From assembly GCA_963833055.1 (NCBI GenBank), contig CAWHWM010000003.1, positions 71,402 to 135,401 on the forward strand: 64,000 nucleotides of DNA. The letters run 5' to 3'. The stretch is from Candidatus Dormiibacterota bacterium (GTDB lineage: Bacteria > Chloroflexota > Dormibacteria > Aeolococcales > Aeolococcaceae). Numbering within the stretch: position 1 is the first letter of the stretch; the number at the start of each line of letters is the position of its first letter. Both the position numbers and the translations under genes were made by a program. The notes beneath the pieces are model-generated. The model ran no database searches, was not told the origin of the DNA, and saw nothing but the letters and a program-made list of their open reading frames with translations. Positions 32,873 to 40,794 of the stretch are shown one piece after another.

Positions 32873-33238
32873 TCAGCCCAGGCAGTGTCCTCGCTGGTTG
32901 ATCTCCACCGCCCGGCCGTCGGGATCCTCGGCGACGCTCGACATCCCAGGGACGCTGTTCGTGCTCGACGAGGATGCTCGTGTTGATGGCGCGCAACGCG
33001 TCACACGCTGTCCAGAGAGACGACGTAGAACCCCGGAACGTGCTTCCGGCCTCGCGCACCAGGTGCTCGAAGACCGCGTGAGGAGCCTGAAAAACGGCCA
33101 CATGGACGCCGTTCAGTCGCGGCGAGATGTGCGGGGCCGTCGCCGTGTCTCACTCAGTGGTATACCGAGGGCGCTGTAGAAGGCGGCGCTTCGCTCAGCG
33201 TCGTTTGCGAGCAGCACGATCGAGGACACCTCAATCAC
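32873..33238 (-). pseudogene. VOC/glyoxalase family gene remnant with at least three frame disruptions
   Basis: Fragments lie in three frames. They are (V)IEVSSIVLLANDAERSAAFYSALGIPLSE (33113-33340 ORF), ..NGVHVAVFQAPHAVFEHL..DALRAINTSILVEHEQRPW (32787-33101 ORF) and ..MSSVAEDPDGRAVEINQ (32873-33103 ORF). Joined together they make a typical ~120-aa VOC protein. Confidence 0.6.
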
Positions 33239-33390
33239 ACCGTGAGTTTGACAGGACGCCTTGTTCGGTTGGCCTGTCGCCGGTCGCATCAACGTAAACT
33301 GCACCACGACGGCGATGGAGCTCGCCGAAACCGCCCTCATGACTGATGGCTCCTGTTCAACAGCCCTAGCAGGGAGAACAGGACCGCGCC

Positions 33391-35019
33391 ATGACAGAGC
33401 GAATCAATCCCCTTCCCGAGCGCCAATCAGCTGTGCAGCAAGACATCGAAGCATCCACGGCATCACAAGCGCCTGCTGCGCCTCGCTCGATCAGCCTGCT
33501 GTCCGCTGAGCCTTCAGTCCGCGAGGGATCACACCGGCGGGATGATCGTTCCTTTGCATCCGACCTGAACCTCGACAAGATCATCGCGACCATCGCGGGC
33601 TCGCGCGAAGAGACCGAATTCATCGCGACGCTGTTCTACCGGCCGGTCGACGACGTCGACACGGTGGGCTATCGCCACGAGGTCTTTCGTGACCTGGAGG
33701 ATCCGGCGCTTCTCGAGCACATCCAGCAGTTTGCGGACGCGATGCGATTGGTTCGCACACACATGCGCCAATCCGCCGGAATGCAGTACCAATATCAGCG
33801 CGAGGGGTGGTTCCTCGACGCGGCTTCCAGCTACTGCGACGCGGTCCAGGCTCTTGCGGAGAGCCTCGATGCGGCGGTCCTCGAATCCCGTGCCCTTCGA
33901 GCCTTCCACGCCTTTCTGGTCGACTACGTCGCTTCGGCCGATTTCGTCGCGCTGGTCGCGGAGACAAAGGAGCGGAAACGGCAGTTGGAGCAGATTCGCT
34001 ATTGCACGCGAATTCGCGGAGGCCGCGTCGACGTCAGCCGCTACGAGGGACAGGCGGACTACAGCGCTGACGTCATGGAGCTCTTCGATCGTTTCAAGCA
34101 GGGCGCCGTCAAGGATTACCGCATCAACTATCGCCTGGCGCCCGGGATGAATCCCGTCGCCGCACAGGTCCTGGAACTGGTTGCACGCCTGTTTCCTGAC
34201 GAGTTCCTGGCGCTTGATGAGTACTGTCATGCGCACGCGGATTTCTTCGATCCGACGGTGCGCCGCTTCGAGCGCGAGATCCACTTCTACCTCGCATATC
34301 TCGACTACATCCGGCCGCTGCGCGCGGCGGGACTCGACTTCTGCTATCCGCACGTCGCACAGAGCTCGAAGGCGATCTCCGCCACCGAGACGTTCGACCT
34401 CGCGCTCGCTCGGAAACTCGTGTCGGAACGCAGGCCCATCGTGCGCAACGATTTCCGCATGGATGGGCCGGAGCGCATCTTCGTGATCTCCGGACCCAAC
34501 CAGGGTGGAAAGACAACGTTTGCCCGCACCTTCGGTCAGGTCCACCACCTGGCAAGCATCGGTTGTCTCGTGCCTGGGACCGCGGCGCGCCTGTTCTTCT
34601 ACGACCGGCTGTTCGCGCACTTCGAGCGAAACGAGAACCTCACCAACCTCCGTGGCAAGCTCGAGGACGACCTGATCCGGATCCGTGAGGTGCTGCAATC
34701 GGCAACCGCCAACAGCATCGTGATCATGAACGAGATCTTCACCTCGACCACGCTGAGCGATGCGCGGTTTCTCGGCGAGAAGATCCTGCGACAGATCATG
34801 CAACTCGACGTTTTGTGCGTCTATGTCACCTTTGTCGACGAGCTTGCCTCACTCGGTGAGTCAATCGTCAGCCTGGTCAGCACGATCGTCCCCGAGAACC
34901 CTGTCGAGCGCACCTACAAGGTCACTCGAGGGCCGGCAGACGGGCTCGCCTATGCGCTCGCCATCGCGGAGAAGCACAACCTCACCTACGATCGTCTCCG
35001 GCGAAGGGTCGGTACGTGA
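33391..35019 (+). CDS. MutS-related ATPase (MutS domain V-like only; no mismatch-binding or Smr domain seen)
   Basis: Walker A is VISGPNQGGKTTFARTFGQV. A Walker B-like IVIMNEIFTSTT has Asn where canonical MutS has Asp. ..YVTFVDELA.. is also present. The N-terminal ~330 aa is helical and unassigned. The stop overlaps the next gene's GTG (GTGA at 35016-35019). Confidence 0.75.
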   Translation: MTERINPLPERQSAVQQDIEASTASQAPAAPRSISLLSAEPSVREGSHRRDDRSFASDLNLDKIIATIAGSREETEFIATLFYRPVDDVDTVGYRHEVFRDLEDPALLEHIQQFADAMRLVRTHMRQSAGMQYQYQREGWFLDAASSYCDAVQALAESLDAAVLESRALRAFHAFLVDYVASADFVALVAETKERKRQLEQIRYCTRIRGGRVDVSRYEGQADYSADVMELFDRFKQGAVKDYRINYRLAPGMNPVAAQVLELVARLFPDEFLALDEYCHAHADFFDPTVRRFEREIHFYLAYLDYIRPLRAAGLDFCYPHVAQSSKAISATETFDLALARKLVSERRPIVRNDFRMDGPERIFVISGPNQGGKTTFARTFGQVHHLASIGCLVPGTAARLFFYDRLFAHFERNENLTNLRGKLEDDLIRIREVLQSATANSIVIMNEIFTSTTLSDARFLGEKILRQIMQLDVLCVYVTFVDELASLGESIVSLVSTIVPENPVERTYKVTRGPADGLAYALAIAEKHNLTYDRLRRRVGT

Positions 35020-36574
35020 AGACCCATCTGCTGTACGAAGACCAGGACTTCGACTTCGGGGCCGAGTTGCCGCCGAATCACGCGGACCTGGTGCAGGATC
35101 TCGAGCTCACGACGTTGCTCGAGGCAATGGCGAACGGCGACCGGTTTCTGCTCGATGTGTCCAGGCGTGTCGTCCTTGCGAGTCTCGACGACCCCCAGGC
35201 CATCGTGTACCGCCAGCAGGTCCTCGTGGACTGCATCGCCTACCCGGAGGTGATCCGGGAGATGTACGAGATTGCTGTCGGGGCGCTGGAGGACAAGCGC
35301 GGAATCTGGGGATACAACATTCACTATCCGTCGTCCATCCTCTCGGGAGCCGTCAACCAGCTCGAGACAGCGTTCGTCCGCCTCAAGCAGCTGCGCAATG
35401 TCGCCGATGACCATGTCCAGCAGTTCCGCTCGGCCGGCATGACGACGCTGTTGCACACGCTGCAGCGCGACCTTGACGACGAGTATTTCCGATCTGTGGC
35501 GCTCCACCTGAAACAGCTGCGATTTCGCGACGGGCATCTGGTCAGCGCGGAGTTGGATCGTGACAACACCGGACGTGTCTTCGTGCTCCGTTCCCCGGGG
35601 GCCGGCCGGCGGAGCTTGAAAGAGCGGCTTGGCATCGGTCCTCGAACGGTCCACACCTTCACCATCGCGCCTCGTGATGACGCCGGCTCCGCAGCGCTCG
35701 GAGAGATCATCAGTCACGGCATCGACCTCGTGGCCAATGCCGCGGCGCAATCCGCCGACCACATCTGGAGCTACATAACGACGCTCCGTGCGGAGCTGGG
35801 CTTCTATGTGAGCTGTCTCAACCTCTGGGATCGGCTCCTGCAACGAGGGCTGCCGACATCGTTCCCGGAGCCGGTCTCATGGAATGGGCGTGTGTCACCA
35901 CGTCCGGCCTGCGCGAGATCTGCCTGGCGCTCCGTTCGCAGGACGAGGTCGTCGGCAACGATGTCGATGCCGACGACAGGCCACTGACCATCATCACCGG
36001 AGCGAACTCCGCAGGAAAGACGACGTTCCTCCGCAGCGTCGGTCTCGCGCAGCTCATGATGCAGTGCGGCATGTACGTGGGCGCCGGCTCGTATCGCGCG
36101 AGCGTCTGCGCCGGGTTGTTCACGCACTTCAGCCGGGAGGAGGACGCCACCATGGTCAGCGGGCGCCTCGATGAGGAGTTGCGCCGGATGAGTGTCATCG
36201 CCGATCACATCGGTCCGCACTGCCTGATCCTCTTCAACGAATCGTTCGCGGCAACCAACGAGCGTGAAGGCTCTGAAATCGGGCGTCAGGTCGTGACCGC
36301 GCTGCTCGAGGCCGATATCACCGTGTTCTTCGTCACCCATCAGTTCGATTTCGCCGACGGATTCCGCGCGCAACGCGGAGCCTCCACCCTTTTCCTCAGA
36401 GCTGAACGTCAGACGGAGGGTCGGCGCAACTACAAGCTCGCCGCGGCGGCTCCGCTTCCGACGAGCTTTGGCGAGGACGTCTACCACCGGCTCGGCGGAT
36501 GGCTGGACGTCGACGATCAGAACGCGCCGTCGGCGCCGTCCACGGAAGATCGCGCGGGTGCGGCCGCGCGGTGA
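35016..36574 (+). pseudogene. second MutS-related ATPase (paralogue of 33391-35019), one apparent frameshift near 35880
   Basis: ORF 35016-35987 encodes the helical N-terminal region. ORF 35879-36574, in another frame, encodes Walker A IITGANSAGKTTFLRSVGLAQLMMQ, LILFNESFAATN and FFVTHQFD. Confidence 0.7.
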
Positions 36575-36611
36575 CCGCGGTCAGTCCTGCGCCGGCAATG
36601 ACAGGGCGCAC

Positions 36612-37603
36612 GTGACGGACGGGACCCGGGCTCGCTCGTATACCACTGGATCGGTCGTTTCCCGCGACGGAACGACGATCAGCTATCGCCAATTCGGCAG
36701 AGGACCCGGCATCGTGGCGGTGCACGGCGGAGCGCAGGCGGCGCAGAACTTGACCAGGCTCGCCGAGTCGTTGTCCGACTTCACGGTGTACGTACCCGAT
36801 CGCCGCGGACGCGGACGCAGCGGCCCCCCCGGGGAGCACTACAGCCTGCAGTCCGAGTGCGAGGACCTGGACGCGATTCTCTCCGCCACTGGATCGCACA
36901 ACGTTTTCGGCCTGAGCTCGGGAGCGATCATCTCGCTGCAAGCAGCGCTGACCCTTCCTGCGATACGCAAGGTCGCGCTCTACGAACCGCCGCTGTCGAT
37001 CAACCACTCGACACCGATCAACTGGGTGCATCGGTATGACCGTGAGGTTGCGGCGGGCAAGCTCGGATCTGCGATCGTGACTGCCCTACGAGGAACGCAG
37101 TCGGCGCCCCCGTTCTTCCAATTGGCTCCGCGCATCGTGATCGACCCGATCCTGAATGCGGCGACGCGCATCGACACAGGCAACCGTCGGATCGGCGATG
37201 CGACCGGGCCAGCACCTCCACGCGGCCGCGTGATGCGGATCGTGTTGTGGCCCATGCGGCGTGCAAACCGAAGGAACACAGCCGCGGCAGATCGGATGCG
37301 AATCACGACGATGTGCCGCTCAAGGCGCTCGTTCCCACCATGCACTACGACGCGCAACTCGTCATCGAAAGTGAGGGATCGCTGGCGTCGTTCCGCGGCG
37401 TCTCCGCCGAGGTGCTCCTGCTGGGTGGCGCAAGGAGCGCGAGCTATCTCAAGAAATCCCTGTACGGGCTCGAACATGTCCTCCCGCACGTCCAGCGTAC
37501 GGAGTTTCCGGGAGTCGGTCACCTTGCCGCCGACAACAGCGGAAAGCCGGAGATGGTGGCCGGGGAGCTGCGCCGCTTCTTCACCGATCGCGCAGCCGGC
37601 TGA
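36612..37603 (+). pseudogene. alpha/beta hydrolase, at least one apparent frameshift between about 37150 and 37300
   Basis: ORF 36468- contains IVAVHGGAQAAQN and the nucleophile elbow FGLSSGA. The C-terminal part ..LLLGGARSASYL...FPGVGHLAADNSG (catalytic His context) is in ORF 37247-37603. Start guessed at GTG 36612. Confidence 0.65.
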
Positions 37604-37653
37604 GGAGCGCGAAGCAATCGGCGGGACCGTGCGCCGGGCGCATCCCCGGCCCG

Positions 37654-37881
37654 TTACGCGGGCCGGCGCTCGAGGCCGGCGACCAAGCGGATTCCCGTCT
37701 TTGTGCCCTCGGCGTACAACTCCCCGCCACACGAGCACATGACCTGCCAGAGCGAGCCTGCCTTGCCGTCCACCCGTGTCCTGAGCTCATCCGTCCAGTC
37801 GCGCCCGCACCGGACGCATGTGATCTTTGCCAACCGTTCCGCCACTCCCATATAGGCCAACATATCGCAAGTGGATTTCAT
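37654..37881 (-). CDS. small hypothetical protein with CxxC...CxC zinc-ribbon-like pattern
   Basis: A 75-aa ORF with good third-position G/C bias, containing ITCVRCGRDW...VMCSCGGELY. No family recognised. The start may be an internal Met. Confidence 0.4.
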   Translation of the reverse strand: MKSTCDMLAYMGVAERLAKITCVRCGRDWTDELRTRVDGKAGSLWQVMCSCGGELYAEGTKTGIRLVAGLERRPA

Positions 37882-38109
37882 TATAGCCTGGCTATCAGTT
37901 TAGCAGGCAGCGCGGTTGACGTGGGCGGTCCCCTTCACGCGATCGTCACGGGACTATGCGAAGCGCCGTGAGAACACGGCCAACAGCCTGATTGCGAGTT
38001 GTAGGGCCGTTCACGAATTACGGGAGTCACTGGTGCGATTGCGGTCACCCCGTCCTACAACGCAGCCTCGGTCGGATGAGTCGATCCGTAGACGGGGCTC
38101 AGCCGTGCG

Positions 38110-39083
38110 TTGCGCGCGGCGATCTTTCTCGGACCGATCCTTGCGTCGCTGGTGATCGCGATACTGATCAGCCACCTCCTGCCACAAGCAACGGGCCCCT
38201 TCACCGCCGTCTTCTGGATCATCGTCGTCGCCGTCGGATCGCTCCTGACGCTGGTCGTCTTCGAGCGCGCCGCGCGCCGCCTGCTCCCGCTTGCGGCTCT
38301 GTTGAACGTCTCACTCCTGTTTCCAGACAAGGCGCAGGCTCGCTTCGCGGTCGCCCGCAGGACCGGCAGTCCGCGGCAACTCCAGGAGCAGCTTGTCGAT
38401 GCCCGTGCGAGCGGTCGCACGGACGACGCTCAAGGCATGCAATCGGTCATCGAGCTTGTGCTCGCGCTGAGCGTCCACGACAAGGCGACCCGCGGCCATT
38501 CCGAGCGCGTGCGGGTCTTCGCCGACCTCATCGCTGACGAGCTGAAGATCGATGCTGCTGGGCAGGCTCGGTTGCGCTGGGCGGCGCTGCTGCACGACGT
38601 GGGCAAGCTCGAGGTGCCGGTCACCCTGCTCAACAAGCCGAGCGCGCCGGATGCAGGGGAATGGAAGGTGCTGCATCGCCATCCCGAGGAAGGGGCACGG
38701 CTCGTGGCGCCGTTGCTGCCATGGCTCGGTGAGTGGGGCAGAGCGGTTGTGGAGCACCACGAGCGCTACGACGGCACCGGATATCCCCATCAGCTCAAGG
38801 GTCACCAGATATCCCTTGCGGCACGGATCGTGGCCGTCGCCGACGTCTACGAGGTGATGACCGCTCCGCGTCCATACAAGCGCGCGATGAGCATCGCGGC
38901 TGCGCGCCGGAGCTCTTTCGGGTTGCGGGCACGCAGTTCGATCCGATGGTGGTTCGAGCGTTCCTGAACATCTTCGTCGGACGCCTGTGGCGGACCATCG
39001 GCTTTGGCGCGTGGGTCGGACAGATCCCGGCGATCAGCCGGCTGTGGGCCAAGCCGGACGCAGTAGGGGCACAGGCGCGTTGA
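38110..39083 (+). pseudogene. membrane-associated HD-GYP domain phosphodiesterase, one apparent frameshift near 38908
   Basis: N-terminal TM helices are followed by HSERVRVFA, AALLHDVGK and HHERYDGTGYP. The conserved end ..ELFRVAGTQFDPMVVRAFLNIF.. is in ORF 38733-39083. TTG start at 38110 is tentative. Confidence 0.75.
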
Positions 39084-39610
39084 GCGCCACCACCGCGACC
39101 GTTCTGACGATCGGTGCGTTGGGAACTCCGGTGCCGGCACCCACGGCGACAGGGCTCCTGACAGTCCAGCGTGCCGCATCGCACGCGACTGCTCCTCCGA
39201 GGTCACTGCCAAGGCGACCTGTTGTCCCGACCAGTCCTGCATCCGCCAAGGTGCGGCTCGACGACAGCCGGTGGCTGCCCGCCACACCCGAAGCCCGCCC
39301 CACCTCCAAAGCCGCCGAAACCGGGACCACCGCCACCCCCCAAGCCAGGACCGCCGCCGCCACCGAAACCCACGCCGCCGCCTCCTCCACCCGCTCCGTG
39401 GAGTTGCGCGACCTGTACGAACACGTCGCCGACATGCACCAATCACTGCACCAATAACAACCTCTTTTGGTGCACCACCTACTGCCTGGGCAACAACAAC
39501 TGGGCTTGCACGTCGCACTGCTTCGGCAACAACAACCACGCATGCCTCACGTACTGCCTCGGCCAGAACAACTCGCGCTGCCAGAGCAACTGCCGTGCTG
39601 CCGGACCTCT
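39080..39610 (+). CDS. hypothetical low-complexity (Ala/Thr/Pro-rich) protein ending in a Cys/Asn-rich 12-residue tandem repeat; frame changes needed, boundaries uncertain
   Basis: A possible TTG start overlaps the HD-GYP stop (TTGA at 39080-39083). Frame 2 has the best codon bias from 39080 to about 39400 (SATTATVLTIGALGTPVPAPTATG...TPEARPTSKAAETGTTATPQARTAAATETHAAASS). Frame 0 has nearly 100% G/C at third positions from 39405 to 39593 (the Cys/Asn repeats). It could instead be a C-terminal extension of the HD-GYP protein. Confidence 0.35.
39405..39593 (+). repeat. coding tandem repeat, 36-nt / 12-aa period: C-x3-C-x-G-N-N-N-x-x (five units plus a degenerate first unit)
   Basis: TGC codons occur at exactly 39435, 39471, 39507, 39543 and 39579. 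The units are CTNHCTNNNLFW / CTTYCLGNNNWA / CTSHCFGNNNHA / CLTYCLGQNNSR / CQSNC, preceded by CATCTNTSPT. Confidence 0.8.
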
Positions 39611-39748
39611 CATCGATGCCGTGCCCGCGAACGGCCAACGAACTGCGGCCTCTGTTGCCCCGCGGATGGCGTCACTCAGCGATTGGCCTCGAACTTCCGG
39701 CGCAGTTTCCGACGAACGGCCGGGCCTGCGCCACGCGACTGCACGATC

Positions 39749-40138
39749 GTGATCAACGCCCTCGGCTTGCGCGATCGGCTCCGCAAAAAGGTCGCGCCGC
39801 CACTTCCCAGCGGCATCGCCTGCGTGACCCGCGGATGCTCGAGCACGGACGCGACCCAATGCGAATACCGCGACCGTTATGGGACCCGCTGTGACCTCGC
39901 GGGCTGCTCGATTCACACCGTGACCCGCGGCGACAACTCCTACTGCCGTCGTCACGCGAGCATCGTCGACGCGACCGCTGCACCGGACGGGTATCCGCGG
40001 GTTGCCCCCCGTCTGCATGAGCGCGGCCCCTCCCTGGTGAATTGGGTGGCGAGCGACCTTGATGCCGAGGTTCGCGCCCTGCTCAACGGTCGCCTTCACC
40101 GCGCGGAGAGCGTGGTCGCTGCGGAGAGGTGCATCTGA
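39749..40138 (+). CDS. hypothetical Cys-rich (zinc-ribbon-like) protein
   Basis: The GTG 39749 start is tentative. IACVTRGCSSTDATQCEYRDRYGTRCDLAGCSIHTVTRGDNSYCRRH has 7 Cys plus His. Codon bias is good. No family recognised. Confidence 0.4.
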   Translation: MINALGLRDRLRKKVAPPLPSGIACVTRGCSSTDATQCEYRDRYGTRCDLAGCSIHTVTRGDNSYCRRHASIVDATAAPDGYPRVAPRLHERGPSLVNWVASDLDAEVRALLNGRLHRAESVVAAERCI

Positions 40139-40794
40139 TCCGATATCACAACCGCCACGAACGATGGGAGCGGGGCTGGCGCATCGTCGATCACACCGGC
40201 CTCGTGCTCAAGGTGACCATCTACGTCGACAACAGTGGTGACGACGCAGTGATTCACGTTTCAGTCGGCGACGCCCTGGTCGCCGCCGTTCCTCCCTGGA
40301 TCGCCGACCGGCGAGCAGGCGAGGCTGTCGGGGGAACCATCGACATCGCCCGGCGCCAACCGTTCAACGAGTCGCTCGTCGCCGCCATCGCATCGGGGAT
40401 CGCCCAGAGGCGCTTGTCCGGCCCTTTTGACGCGCCCACGCAGGGCACGACTGCTAACTCGTCGAGCCCGCAGGTGATCGCGGCTATCAAGCGATCCGTG
40501 CGCTTCTGTTACCGGAGAACAACCGACTGTTGGTACGAGTCGGGAGGTGCCGGGCCTAGTCTGCTCGGGTGGCTATCGCGCACCCCCAGATCCGTGCCGC
40601 GAGCACTCGAGTCCATGGCACCCCAGCTCCTCGTTGGGTCCGCGCCGTCTACGTGGGCTTGGCAGTGCTCCTCGCTGCATCTCTTGTCTCCCTGCTCGTG
40701 CGCAGCCCGACCCAGTCGATCCCGCTCCTCGATGGATGGGGGGTCGCAGCGTTCGAGCTCGTGGCCAGTTCGCTGTGCATCTGGCGCGCGCTGA
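40129..40794 (+). CDS. hypothetical protein (may be the continuation of 39749-40138); true 3' end probably near 40560
   Basis: It overlaps the previous ORF by 10 nt in another frame. Codon bias is good to about 40540 and then decays. Beyond 40569 it overlaps the GGDEF-EAL gene, so the annotated end is not trusted. Confidence 0.3.
   Translation: MHLIRYHNRHERWERGWRIVDHTGLVLKVTIYVDNSGDDAVIHVSVGDALVAAVPPWIADRRAGEAVGGTIDIARRQPFNESLVAAIASGIAQRRLSGPFDAPTQGTTANSSSPQVIAAIKRSVRFCYRRTTDCWYESGGAGPSLLGWLSRTPRSVPRALESMAPQLLVGSAPSTWAWQCSSLHLLSPCSCAARPSRSRSSMDGGSQRSSSWPVRCASGAR

Noticed and set aside
39290-39400. Poly-proline reading (PKPAPPPKPPKPGPPPPPKPGPPPPPKPTPPPPPPAP) in frame 0 as the native linker before the Cys/Asn repeat
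   Set aside because: This frame uses many CCA and CCT codons, which are atypical for a high-GC genome. Frame 2 over the same bases uses GCC/ACC/TCC/CGC and gives an Ala/Thr-rich linker. I therefore favour frame 2 here with a shift near 39400, although this is not proven.
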